Positions 31,508-41,014 of a stretch of 61,491 nucleotides of DNA are shown here, in pieces. The notes below the pieces were generated by a model. That model made no database searches. It had not been told where the DNA came from and saw nothing but the letters and a program-made list of their open reading frames with translations. Source of the DNA: Eubacteriales bacterium (GTDB taxonomy: Bacteria; Bacillota; Clostridia; Oscillospirales; CAG-272). Location: NCBI GenBank assembly GCA_045613205.1, contig JAZLAO010000021.1, forward strand, positions 1 through 61,491, given 5' to 3'. The position numbers and the translations under genes are program-made. Within the stretch, counting starts at the first letter, position 1; every line of letters starts with the position of its first letter.

Positions 31508-31524
31508 AATTTTTCACCACCCAC

Positions 31525-31597
31525 ATATTTTAATAGGCATATATATATTTTAATAGGTGTATAGCCTATTGACAATTCCCTTAATTAAGTGTATACT
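31525..31597 (+). promoter_or_regulatory. operator repeats plus sigma-A promoter
   Basis: ATATTTTAATAGG direct repeat at 31525 and 31545; TTGACA(31569)-17 bp-TATACT(31592). Confidence 0.6.
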
Positions 31598-31605
31598 TAT
31601 ATAAA

Positions 31606-31693
31606 TGCATTCATTCCTGCAATTGATAGGTGTACAGATTTTAATACTTGTATACGGTGCTGAAACGAGCACCCAATGTTATCGCAGGATGCA
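31606..31693 (+). ncRNA. candidate structured RNA (three-way junction)
   Basis: CCTGC/GCAGG and TGCAT/ATGCA outer stem enclosing GTGTACA/TGTATAC and GGTGCT/AGCACC hairpins, starting just after a consensus promoter. Confidence 0.35.
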
Positions 31694-31753
31694 CAAAAAA
31701 CGCAAAATTTATCGGCGCATATGTTCCATTACGCTGAATTTTAGATATTTATA

Positions 31754-31782
31754 TTGACACTGCAAATTACGTATATTATAAT
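31754..31782 (+). promoter_or_regulatory. sigma-A promoter of the diguanylate cyclase
   Basis: TTGACA-17 bp-TATAAT. Confidence 0.7.
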
Positions 31783-31861
31783 AATATAATGTATTTATAA
31801 TATTTATAATCGGGTATTGTATCATGATACTCAGTTAATTCTTGGAAAGGACGGTCGCGGT

Positions 31862-33046
31862 ATGCTCTATATAAACTCGGAATCGTTTTACCGTTTGATA
31901 TCAAACTTATCAAGCGTCGTTTTTTGCATATTTATAGTTGTGTTTATCAGAGCGCTGCTTTCAAGCCGAAACAACTCTCACTCAAGATTTGCTTTTAAAC
32001 GCTTGATCAACGTCGTTTTGCTTGGGCTTGTGGCGGATATGCTGTCCTATGCTTTTGAAAATCAAGTGTTTTTCGGCGCGGTCTTTTTAAACCATCTTTC
32101 CATGTTTGCGAGCGTGCTCATTACGGTATATGCGGGCGCGGTGTGGCACATGTTCTTTGACGCAGGCTTCCATATTGAGCATACGGACAATAAGAGGCAG
32201 ATAATTTATGTCATTCCCACGATTGTGGCTTTCGCTTGCCTTTTCGTGAATTTGTTTACGGGATTTCTTTTCTCATATGACGCGCAAAGCGTATACACAA
32301 GAGGTTCTTTTGCTCTTGTAAGCTTTTTCTTGCAGTATTTGATGTTTGCCGTTTTGATTTTAAGAGCTGTATTTTTGAAGCTCGGCGCAAGGACTATGAG
32401 GCACACGAAGCTTCGTCAAAGCTTTATATGGGCAGGCACTCTTTTGCTGCTTTTCGGAATGCTTCAGATACTTGCGCTCGGAAAGGTCGCGTTCCACTGC
32501 TTTGGCATTGCCTCAAGCACGTTTATTATGTTCTTGAGATTCCAGGAAGACAGAATTACAAACGATTTGCTCACGGGACTCAGCAACAGGGGCGCGCTTG
32601 ACGCGTATCTTGAGGACCGTATTAGAATCTATCAAGATGGAATGCGCGGCACAGACAGCCTGTACCTCATTATGATGGACGTAAACGATTTCAAACGGAT
32701 AAACGATATTTACGGACATATGGAGGGTGACAGAGCTTTAAAAACCGTCGCGGCAACGCTTAAAAAGGTTGGCTCTCATTATAACAGCGGCTTGTTCATT
32801 GCGCGTTACGGCGGAGACGAGTTTGCGGCAGTTTTTGAAACGAACAGCGAGCGCAGAGTAAGAGAGCTTTGTAAAGAGATAAAAAGCACTCTGATGCGAG
32901 AAACAGAGGACAATAAATATCGACTTACCATCGGCACGGGATTTTCCGCTTTCGGCGGTAGAGAAACGTCGCTTCTGTCACTTTATGAAACGGCAGATAA
33001 GGCGCTTTACGAGGATAAAAACCAAATGAAAGGCGGCGAGAGATAA
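31862..33046 (+). CDS. membrane-bound diguanylate cyclase (multi-TM + GGDEF)
   Basis: About 7 TM helices; DLLTGLSNR, DVNDFKRINDIYGHMEGD, RYGGDEF intact. Confidence 0.92.
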   Translation: MLYINSESFYRLISNLSSVVFCIFIVVFIRALLSSRNNSHSRFAFKRLINVVLLGLVADMLSYAFENQVFFGAVFLNHLSMFASVLITVYAGAVWHMFFDAGFHIEHTDNKRQIIYVIPTIVAFACLFVNLFTGFLFSYDAQSVYTRGSFALVSFFLQYLMFAVLILRAVFLKLGARTMRHTKLRQSFIWAGTLLLLFGMLQILALGKVAFHCFGIASSTFIMFLRFQEDRITNDLLTGLSNRGALDAYLEDRIRIYQDGMRGTDSLYLIMMDVNDFKRINDIYGHMEGDRALKTVAATLKKVGSHYNSGLFIARYGGDEFAAVFETNSERRVRELCKEIKSTLMRETEDNKYRLTIGTGFSAFGGRETSLLSLYETADKALYEDKNQMKGGER

Positions 33047-33217
33047 AACCGCCGAAAAAAATCCGCTTAGTACGCATTTTTGGAGCTTTGAATAAAAAAA
33101 CAGGCTGAAAGGATGACGGGAAAGCGGATTTTTTACATGCGTCAACCCAAAACAAGCAAATTGTTCACATATTTACAAGCGCGTTTTTGTGCAAAACGTA
33201 GAAAGTTTTGCAAATTG

Positions 33218-33246
33218 TTGATTTTTGAACAAGGCATATATATAAT
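33218..33246 (+). promoter_or_regulatory. sigma-A promoter upstream of riboswitch 1
   Basis: TTGATT-17 bp-TATAAT. Confidence 0.65.
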
Positions 33247-33249
33247 ATA

Positions 33250-33355
33250 AATATAGCAAAACGTTGGAAACGGCGTGACGCAAAGCTATAGGGGCTTCAT
33301 TTTAAGCCAGCCAGTTGCAAGTCCAATGGGGATTTTTGCGACGGGCTGTTTTTTT
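33250..33355 (+). promoter_or_regulatory. c-di-GMP-I (GEMM-I) class riboswitch, A20 variant, with overlapping terminator
   Basis: AGCAAA-ACGTTG-GAAA-CGGCGT-GACGCAAAGCTATAGGG...GCCAGCCAGTTGC; terminator CAGCC...GGCTG-T7 at 33308-33355. Confidence 0.9.
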
Positions 33356-33383
33356 ATATCTTGAGAGAGGAGGGGCTGTGAAA

Positions 33384-34124
33384 ATGGTGGATTTTAACAA
33401 AGCGGACGAAATTTCCTTTAGGCCGATAGTGCTTGATTTTTCGGAGGTTCGTTTTTTTGCTACAGAGAAGCGGATGCTTCGAAGCTTTTTAACCGTTAAC
33501 AGTCTTGACCTCGGTGTTTTGGGATATGAGCAGTACAGATACGTTGCAAGGCGTACGAAGGTTGGAAATCAGCTTGTAAGACGGCATTTCGAAAAGCTAT
33601 TCCGCTCAATTCCCGAATTACTTTCCCGCGACCCCGAAATTGATTGCTTTACGTTGCAGGTGTACGCGCGAATGCTTTTCGACGGCGAGCTTGCTTCGCT
33701 GCTTGTAGAAATGAAATCGGTTTATCCCGAGATTCCGCTCGCGAAGATATGCGTTGAGTTATCTGCGGATATGCTTTATGAGGACCTTGACGTTGCGGCA
33801 GAGAAGATAGACGAGCTTCGTTTGCTCGGTGTCAGAGTGGCTATATTTGAGGTCGGCGACCGTTTCTGTCCCGTTTTCAGACTGTCGGAGATAAAATTCG
33901 ACTACGCGTTTATGGATTCTTACTCCACCGACAGCCTTGCAGGCGAGAGCGCGGAAAGAATAGCGGGAAGCCTTGCGGGCTATCTTCACCACCTCGGCTC
34001 TCTTGTCATTGCTCCCGCCCTTGACTCCAAGGAGAAGATAGAAAGCGCAAAACTCGTCGGTGCCGACGGATATACCGTAGCTCTCGAGTCTTCCTTGGAA
34101 GGAGATTCCGACGATGGACACTAA
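33384..34124 (+). CDS. stand-alone degenerate EAL-domain protein
   Basis: EAL-fold spacing is retained (ICVELS, LGVRVAIFEVG, KFDYAFMD, VIAPALDS, VGADG) but the EAL, DDFG, EGVE and QG residues are lost. Confidence 0.7.
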   Translation: MVDFNKADEISFRPIVLDFSEVRFFATEKRMLRSFLTVNSLDLGVLGYEQYRYVARRTKVGNQLVRRHFEKLFRSIPELLSRDPEIDCFTLQVYARMLFDGELASLLVEMKSVYPEIPLAKICVELSADMLYEDLDVAAEKIDELRLLGVRVAIFEVGDRFCPVFRLSEIKFDYAFMDSYSTDSLAGESAERIAGSLAGYLHHLGSLVIAPALDSKEKIESAKLVGADGYTVALESSLEGDSDDGH

Positions 34125-34836
34125 AAGAATAGTATCTAACGAAAAGCGCCTCAGTTTACTTAAGCGAACGGCGAACGAGGTCAAAAGCTACAGAACGCAA
34201 AAGAAGATTTTGACGGTGCTCCTTATTCTGCTTCTTATCGTAACCGGTATTCTTTACATGGTTGCCGTGCTTTACGAGAAATCCGGCAGCTTTACCGTCA
34301 GCATCAACAAATACGAAATGACAAAGTACGGCTTAACTCTCTCCGAGAGCCGAGATATGTCACGCCCGACCTCGCATCTTAACGCTAAAATAGCCGAGAA
34401 GATGACAAACATAGCAGGCGAAACGATTGACGCAAACGTCGATATGGTAGACGGCGAGCATAACGGCAGGGATTACATAGCCTATACCTTCTACGTGCAG
34501 AACGCGGGAGAGGTTGAGGTTTCATACGATTATGAAATCAAAATGTCGGGAATAACCAACGCTCTTGACGAGGCGCTGCGAGTTCGCCTTTACGTGAACG
34601 GCGGCACTCCCACAACCTATGCGAAAACCAAAAGCGACGGTAGCGGCGCAGAGCCGGGAACGGTTGAATTTGCTTCCGCGACGGTGGTTGCGAGGGAGAG
34701 AATCGAGGCATACAAGCCCGGTGATACCACCAAATTTACGGTAGTAATATGGATTGAGGGCAATGACCCCGACTGCATTGACTGGCTCATCGGCGGAAAG
34801 ATGAAGCTTGAGATGGATATAGGAATCGTTCACTAG
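34114..34836 (+). CDS. membrane-anchored paralogue of the SipW-substrate proteins
   Basis: N-terminal TM helix without an A-x-F cleavage site; C-terminal EALRVRLYV / VVIWIEGND matches the downstream paralogues. Confidence 0.65.
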   Translation: MDTKRIVSNEKRLSLLKRTANEVKSYRTQKKILTVLLILLLIVTGILYMVAVLYEKSGSFTVSINKYEMTKYGLTLSESRDMSRPTSHLNAKIAEKMTNIAGETIDANVDMVDGEHNGRDYIAYTFYVQNAGEVEVSYDYEIKMSGITNALDEALRVRLYVNGGTPTTYAKTKSDGSGAEPGTVEFASATVVARERIEAYKPGDTTKFTVVIWIEGNDPDCIDWLIGGKMKLEMDIGIVH

Positions 34837-34840
34837 CCGT

Positions 34841-35008
34841 AAGGGAATCGAACTAACAAGCCTTCAGGCGATAAATTTTAGCGTCTTTCGTCGTACTAAG
34901 CCTTGTAAAGTCCGCACTTGACTGCGGCTCACTACAACAAAATCCACAAAAAATTTATTCGCCGTAAGGTGCGAAGCAGTTTTAAAACCTTATGAGTTAG
35001 ATTCTCTT
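34841..35008. repeat. ~170-bp MITE/REP-like foldback element
   Basis: 20-bp imperfect terminal inverted repeats plus nested CCTT..GGCG.ATAAATTTT inverted repeats; partial copies at 7659 and 19383. Confidence 0.7.
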
Positions 35009-35099
35009 GCCTAACGGTTATTATTTCAAACCGCGGAGAAATCTTCGGTTGGTCTAAATATAAAATAACAAAAATAAATTCCTAAAAGGAGAAAAAACA

Positions 35100-35885
35100 A
35101 TGAAAATGACACGCAAACTCATCCCCGCGCTTGTAATGCTTCTCGTTTCGGCGATTATGCTGTCAACCGCATCTTACGCTTGGTTTGCAAGCAACTCTAC
35201 GGTTGGAATGTCGGATATGAGGGTAAGGGTTAAGGCAAACACCAGATTCCTTCAGATTTCGGAAAGCGAGGACACAGGCTTCGGAACGGCACTCAACTAT
35301 CAGGCAGAAGCGCTTGCAGAGCGCGAGCTTATAACGGCATCCTTTTCCAAGGAAGACTCCAGCTTGGTTCTCAGCTGGTTCACCGGAACAAGCAACGATT
35401 TCGCTTCCTCCGGAGCACCGGGTACTATTCCCATGGAAGATATGGGTAAACTGGACAGCACGTATACTCTTCATAAGACGGTATACGTAAAAATGTCGAA
35501 CAATTCCACGGCAGGCCTCAGCGATCTTAAATTTGATATGACCGCAGGCAACGCGCCTAGCGTATTGGATGCAAGTGATTCCACCACTCCCACAAATGAG
35601 CTTGCAGAGGCAATCAGAATCCTTGTTGTTGCAAGAGGTGATGCAGATGCCGTTACCGGCGCAGGTCTTTGGGACTACGTAGAGGGCGCGAAATACCTCA
35701 AAGCTGAGGACGGAACTCTTGTCGAAAACGGAAGCATCCTTTCCGCGATTGCATTAAATACTACGTATAAGCTCGACGTATACATATACTACGATGGAAA
35801 CGATGCACAGGCCTTCACTAATAACACGGATGGTCTTGAAGAGCTTCTTATCGGATTCAATCTTACCGCAGCTACGGCAGGCTGA
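35100..35885 (+). CDS. SipW-dependent secreted protein (TasA/CalY-like fibre subunit candidate)
   Basis: Signal peptide ends STASYA|WF; C-terminal EAIRILVV / DVYIYYDGND; strong RBS. Confidence 0.75.
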   Translation: MKMTRKLIPALVMLLVSAIMLSTASYAWFASNSTVGMSDMRVRVKANTRFLQISESEDTGFGTALNYQAEALAERELITASFSKEDSSLVLSWFTGTSNDFASSGAPGTIPMEDMGKLDSTYTLHKTVYVKMSNNSTAGLSDLKFDMTAGNAPSVLDASDSTTPTNELAEAIRILVVARGDADAVTGAGLWDYVEGAKYLKAEDGTLVENGSILSAIALNTTYKLDVYIYYDGNDAQAFTNNTDGLEELLIGFNLTAATAG

Positions 35886-35941
35886 TACACCCTTAAAACA
35901 AATTTTCAATTCAATTATTTATACCGGAAAGGATGATATAC

Positions 35942-37264
35942 ATGAAATCTAAAAGATTTTTGGTTGCGATATGTCTTTTGCTCATATCCGCAACAATGCT
36001 CGGAACGGCATCTTTCGCATGGTTCTCTATGAACACTGAGGTGTCTGTTGACGGAATTGAGGTTGAGGCTTATTCCGACTCTCTCTTCCTTGAAATCAGT
36101 AAGAAAAGCGCAACAGAAGAGTTCGCAACTTCCGTAACTCTTTCAGACTCTGAGGAGCATATTCTCAGACTCGCAAAGCACGGATTTGCAGGCTCGGCTT
36201 ACACTCTTGTAATCGATGACGCGATAACCGGTAATTTCACCGGTGAAACCGATGCTTATTATGAAGTCATCGAAGCAACCGCAGATTCCTATCAGAAGCT
36301 CGTTAAGGCAACTCTTCAGGCAGGAACTCCTCTTGCAGGACTTTACAAGAACCTTGTATTCACAAAGATTACCGTTAATACTTCTGCAAACGGTACCGAC
36401 ACCTACTATGAAATGAACGGTGGTAAGTACACTCCTGTTGTTCCCGCAGACGGCGACGAGGTGAAGGGAAAGTATACTCTTGACACCGTGGCTCCCGCTC
36501 CCGAAGCATCCGGAAATTATGCAGGCGGCACCGATGAATTCTTCTACTTTAATGACGCGGACGACTCATATTCCGACGTTACAAGCACTCTTGAGCTTGG
36601 TACCGACCTTTCGGATTACGTAAAGGTTACCGCTACTCTCGTAAATCTTGCGAGCGCAACCGGTGACGTTTATCTTGCAGGAACAGGTACTGCAACCGAT
36701 GAGTATGCCTTCCTCGGCACATTTACCGGTGAGAACATCACAAATCTTCTTTACTTCGGCAGAGCTTATTCCGACGTGATTGAAAACGGCGATCTTGGCG
36801 ACACCCTCAGCATTATCAAAGATACAAGCCTTGAAAGCTACCGTTACGCTGAGACAATTTGGCTCCGTAACGCGCTTAACACGAACGATTCGAAGAACCT
36901 TAAGGCAGAGTTCAAAATTGGCGGAGCAGATAACAACCTTGCTTCCGCGCTCAGAGTTCTCCTTGTTGTAAGCGATGATACAACAGGAGATATGGTTAAC
37001 GTAGTTTACTATGCAAACGGCGACAATCCCGCAACAAACGGAGTTGTTGAGACGGGATACACTACGTACGGTCTTAACGCGACCGACGATAACATCGTTG
37101 ACGTGCTTCTCGGCAACACTGCAGAAACCCTCAAGGTTGACATCTACGTTTACTTCGACGGTACTGATCCCATTGCTGAAAACGCTGATATTCCCGCAGG
37201 AATACTCGACGGTCAGACTGTTGAAATCAAGTTCACCATCGACAATCACGATTACAACAACTAA
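35942..37264 (+). CDS. SipW-dependent secreted protein with internal repeats
   Basis: GTASFA|WF signal; SALRVLLV / DIYVYFDGTD; acidic, T/G/Y-rich central repeats. Confidence 0.75.
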   Translation: MKSKRFLVAICLLLISATMLGTASFAWFSMNTEVSVDGIEVEAYSDSLFLEISKKSATEEFATSVTLSDSEEHILRLAKHGFAGSAYTLVIDDAITGNFTGETDAYYEVIEATADSYQKLVKATLQAGTPLAGLYKNLVFTKITVNTSANGTDTYYEMNGGKYTPVVPADGDEVKGKYTLDTVAPAPEASGNYAGGTDEFFYFNDADDSYSDVTSTLELGTDLSDYVKVTATLVNLASATGDVYLAGTGTATDEYAFLGTFTGENITNLLYFGRAYSDVIENGDLGDTLSIIKDTSLESYRYAETIWLRNALNTNDSKNLKAEFKIGGADNNLASALRVLLVVSDDTTGDMVNVVYYANGDNPATNGVVETGYTTYGLNATDDNIVDVLLGNTAETLKVDIYVYFDGTDPIAENADIPAGILDGQTVEIKFTIDNHDYNN

Positions 37265-37317
37265 TAAAAAATAAAATCGGGCATATCAGCCCAATCGCAT
37301 TGAAAGGTACTTAAAAA

Positions 37318-38376
37318 ATGGCGAAAGGTAGAGTGGCGTGGGTGTTCTGGGTGCTTGTCATATTGGCAGTTATTACATCCACGGCATCCTACGCTTGGCT
37401 GTCAATGAACACGTCGGCGTTCGCAAAGGGCATAGCGGTAAATCTTGCATCGAACAGCAGACATCTGCAGATTTCCGCAAACGCCGCGGACGGCTACAGG
37501 GAGGAGATTTCATTCGGAAAGGATTCCTATATCTATGAGGACTCGCTTGTGCAGGAAATCTATCTCACTACGTACGGATATCTTCCCGCGGAGGGCGGAC
37601 TTCGTATTTCAGCCGACCCGATAACCGAAGAAAATGCTGATGGACTCGGATTCCAGGGCGGCAAATATGCAGGAGTAGGACGCGTATTCAGAGCCGAGCC
37701 CTCGGGTATATCCTCGGCTTACAGCTACGAGGACGTAACTGCAGATATTTCCGATGGAGAGAGCGTCATAGGGCTGTATACCGTTTCCGACACCGGAGAT
37801 TTTGATTCCAAGTCGGCGGGAGTAGGTATCGCGTACTATTTCAGACATAAGCGCACGGGCGCGACCGACTACGTTTGCGTCGGCAGTGAGTTTTCCGAGG
37901 GGGAAACCCTTTCGGGCAGAAGGTACTGGGGATACGCTATTTCCGAGAACGAGGCTGAGGTTCAGGAAGAGCGAATGATAAGCGTTGTTTCAATGGACCT
38001 GCCCCACAAGGATTACGCGATGAAAAAAACCGCGTACATCAGAACGGCAAAGGGGTCGCTTGACCTGATGAATTTGCGCATTGATTCCATAAAAATTAAG
38101 GGCTTGCGCAACTTTTTGACCGATGCGATAAGGATTATGTTCGTAGCAAGGTCGAGTCTTGGCGGTGAGGAGGTCGTTACCTTTTACAACCCCGAAAAAA
38201 GCGAGGATTTTGACGGCAAGCTGCAGGATGTTTTGAACGGCGACAGAGGCGAAACCGTTACTGTTGAAATCTATATTTTCTTCGACGGAACGCACGAGAA
38301 CGCCAGCACCTATAACGGTGAGCTTTCAAACCATCAGATTGCCGTAGAATTTTCAGTAGATAAAATCATTGATTGA
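37318..38376 (+). CDS. SipW-dependent secreted protein
   Basis: STASYA|WL signal; DAIRIMFV / EIYIFFDGTH. Confidence 0.75.
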   Translation: MAKGRVAWVFWVLVILAVITSTASYAWLSMNTSAFAKGIAVNLASNSRHLQISANAADGYREEISFGKDSYIYEDSLVQEIYLTTYGYLPAEGGLRISADPITEENADGLGFQGGKYAGVGRVFRAEPSGISSAYSYEDVTADISDGESVIGLYTVSDTGDFDSKSAGVGIAYYFRHKRTGATDYVCVGSEFSEGETLSGRRYWGYAISENEAEVQEERMISVVSMDLPHKDYAMKKTAYIRTAKGSLDLMNLRIDSIKIKGLRNFLTDAIRIMFVARSSLGGEEVVTFYNPEKSEDFDGKLQDVLNGDRGETVTVEIYIFFDGTHENASTYNGELSNHQIAVEFSVDKIID

Positions 38377-38407
38377 CGGCGGAAACCGCAGATTTTTATT
38401 TGCAGTA

Positions 38408-38449
38408 TAAAGAGGCGACCTCAGGCTTTGATTTGGGGCGGCCTCTTTA
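38408..38449 (+). promoter_or_regulatory. intra-operon stem-loop (possible stabiliser or attenuator)
   Basis: TAAAGAGGC...GCCTCTTTA without a U-tract, between the subunit genes and sipW. Confidence 0.45.
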
Positions 38450-38538
38450 CGCCGTCTATAAGACAAAAAACAAAAGACACAAACAAGACTATTGAGATTA
38501 ACAAAAAAACACATAACAGTAAGTGAGGTACTGGTTAT

Positions 38539-39363
38539 ATGGAAAACACAAAAAAGCAGAGCTTTATGGAAATAATTAAAGCTCCGAAAACGAAAAAGAT
38601 ACTCTCGATAATCGCAAACACTGTTTTGTGGTTATTCGTAGCATTTTCGCTCTTTATCACTATTCTTGTCTTCTCTGCGCAGGGCAGTGAGGACGGAGTG
38701 CCCGATATATTCGGAAAGAGCCTTATTACCATAACCACCGATTCTATGGAGCCGATATACAAGGCGGGTGATTTGGTGTTTATGGAAAAGATTACCGAGG
38801 AGCAGATTTCCGAGCTCCAGCCGGGTCAGATAATCACCTTCCACGCTCCGATAGATATTGACGGCGACGGAATGATAGGTGACATTAACACGCATATAAT
38901 TTACGAAGCGCATCACGAGCGCAATGCATTTATAACTAAGGGTCAAAACAACCCGCATCCCGATAACGTGGGCGATGATCCTTACGAGGTCCATTATTCC
39001 GACGTAATCGGTGTCTGCACCGAGGATGCGAAGCTTGCGGGCGTCGGAAGCGTTATATCCTTCCTTCGTTCTTCGCTCGGATTTTTCCTTTGCATAGTTT
39101 TACCCCTTATACTTTTCTTCCTTTACGAGCTCTATCGCTTCATTTCTATTATAGTAACGGAAAAGGCTAAGCGCGCCGTTGCTGCGGCTCCCGCGGTAGA
39201 CGAGGAGGAAATAAAAAGACGCGCGATTGAGGAATACCTTGAAAAGCAGAAAAACGAAGAGGAAATCAAGAAGCGCGCAATAGAGGAATATCTTGCCTCG
39301 CAGAAGGCAAGCGAGGAAGCAAAAGCGGAGAAAGATTTCGACACACAGTCTTCCGAAGAATAA
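38539..39363 (+). CDS. sipW: signal peptidase I, SipW/S26B type (copy 1)
   Basis: TM-DSMEP..GD, NTH, FITKG.NN..D; C-terminal TM and a repeated EEEIKxRAIEEYL tail. Confidence 0.85.
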   Translation: MENTKKQSFMEIIKAPKTKKILSIIANTVLWLFVAFSLFITILVFSAQGSEDGVPDIFGKSLITITTDSMEPIYKAGDLVFMEKITEEQISELQPGQIITFHAPIDIDGDGMIGDINTHIIYEAHHERNAFITKGQNNPHPDNVGDDPYEVHYSDVIGVCTEDAKLAGVGSVISFLRSSLGFFLCIVLPLILFFLYELYRFISIIVTEKAKRAVAAAPAVDEEEIKRRAIEEYLEKQKNEEEIKKRAIEEYLASQKASEEAKAEKDFDTQSSEE

Positions 39364-39441
39364 ACAAGAGAATAATCGCTAGAAAGCGAAAACATACAAG
39401 ATGAAAACAAAAATCACAAAGAAGAGAGGAGGAGCATACTG

Positions 39442-40980
39442 ATGGGAGCGTTTTTGGATTGGTTTTTTGCCTTTTTGACAACAATGATAGACGGTGTCTG
39501 GAAGATATTGTCGGGTATTTTCGGTGGAATATTTCAGATATTTAACGTAGTCAGCTACGTTAAGCAGTTTAATGCTTACAAAGACGGATTCGGCGTTCTT
39601 GACTGGATTTTTTCGATAATTTCCTTCATTTTAGTGCTGTCTATATGGGTCGTCATCGTATATTTGCTCGTCCTTCTCATAAGAAAATACATAAGATTTC
39701 GCCGCTCGGCAGTAGGTAACGAGGATCTTCTTGAGGAGGTTGCGGAGCTTCACCGCGACGTTATTAAGCTTAATAACGAAAAGGAGCGCATACTCGCCCT
39801 TAAGATAGGTCAGACCGGTGTTCCCCTCGACGTTCTTAACGGAATCTACGAGGAGGAAGAGGAAAACGTCGCAGAGAGCGTCGGCGAAGAGGCGGAGCTT
39901 CTTCCGAGATTTTCAAAGCTCGATGCCATCGACCAGAAGTATACCTATTACAATCCTCCGGAATACAGAAGAGATTACACTCTTTCCGAGATATGCGATA
40001 CCTTCCGAAACTTCGCCTGTTCGCGTATGGGGCTTTACTATGAAGAGAAGACAATAAGACTTCTTTTCGCGGGATTTGCCTCGACGAAGCTTGTGCTTTT
40101 GCAGGGTATTTCGGGTACGGGTAAAACCTCTCTCCCCTATGCTCTCGGTAAGTTTATGGAGAACGATTCTACCATCGTTTCGGTTCAGCCCTCCTGGCGC
40201 GACCGTACCGAGCTTTTCGGTTACTTCAACGAATTCTCAAAGAAATTTAATGAAACCGACGTTCTTCGCAGAATATACGAGGCGTCCTATACCGACGACG
40301 TTAACGTAATAATCCTCGACGAGCTTAACATTGCCCGTATCGAGTATTACTTTGCGGAAATGCTTTCTATCATGGAAATGCCCGACTTTAACGAGTGGCG
40401 CATAGAGCTTGTTCCGTCCTCTTGGCCGAACGACCCGAAGAATCTCCGTGACGGTAAGCTTCTTATCCCCCAGAACACATGGTACGTCGGAACGGCTAAC
40501 AACGATGACACCACCTTTGCGGTTTCGGATAAGGTTTACGACCGTGCTCTTACTATCAACATAGATAATAAGGGTGTTCCGTTCGATGCGCCCGACACTC
40601 CGCCCGCAAGAATCAGCTATTCATATCTCAACAGCCTTTATCAGAAGGCTATCGCGGAAAACCCCCTTGATACCAAGTATCTCGATATGATAGAGGAGCT
40701 TGATAACTACGTTATTAAGAAATTCCGCGTGGCGTTCGGTAACCGTATTATGAAGCAGCTTAAGATGTTCGTTCCCGTATACGTTGCGTGCGGCGGCACT
40801 ATCCTTGAGGGTATTGACCACGTTCTCGCAACTAAGGTATTCAGAAAGTTCGAGTCACTCAACCTCTCTCTTATCAGAGATGAATTAAAGGGACTCATAA
40901 ACTATCTCGACACACTCTTTGGCAAGGGTACTATGGCATCCTGCATAGAGTTCCTTGAAAGACTTCAGCGTACGTATTAA
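39442..40980 (+). CDS. membrane-anchored McrB-like AAA+ NTPase
   Basis: N-terminal hydrophobic helices and coiled coil; Walker A GISGTGKT, Walker B IILDELN, McrB-type GTANNDD...SDKVYDRA. Confidence 0.8.
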   Translation: MGAFLDWFFAFLTTMIDGVWKILSGIFGGIFQIFNVVSYVKQFNAYKDGFGVLDWIFSIISFILVLSIWVVIVYLLVLLIRKYIRFRRSAVGNEDLLEEVAELHRDVIKLNNEKERILALKIGQTGVPLDVLNGIYEEEEENVAESVGEEAELLPRFSKLDAIDQKYTYYNPPEYRRDYTLSEICDTFRNFACSRMGLYYEEKTIRLLFAGFASTKLVLLQGISGTGKTSLPYALGKFMENDSTIVSVQPSWRDRTELFGYFNEFSKKFNETDVLRRIYEASYTDDVNVIILDELNIARIEYYFAEMLSIMEMPDFNEWRIELVPSSWPNDPKNLRDGKLLIPQNTWYVGTANNDDTTFAVSDKVYDRALTINIDNKGVPFDAPDTPPARISYSYLNSLYQKAIAENPLDTKYLDMIEELDNYVIKKFRVAFGNRIMKQLKMFVPVYVACGGTILEGIDHVLATKVFRKFESLNLSLIRDELKGLINYLDTLFGKGTMASCIEFLERLQRTY

Positions 40981-41014
40981 TTAATACAATTACTAAGGAA
41001 GGGAGTGCTTAAAA

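Noticed and set aside
31862-33046. Hypr-type cGAMP synthase
   Set aside because: It has the canonical Asp (GHMEGD) at the specificity position.
36566-37249. Long antisense ORFs (also 110-637, 4908-5729, 10778-11476, 44220-44981, 57122-57808)
   Set aside because: They shadow well-supported genes on the opposite strand and show no motifs.
35100-38376. Type IV pilins or sortase-assembled pilins
   Set aside because: No G|FxxxE prepilin motif, no LPxTG, and no sortase or PilB/PilC genes; the signals match the SipW type.
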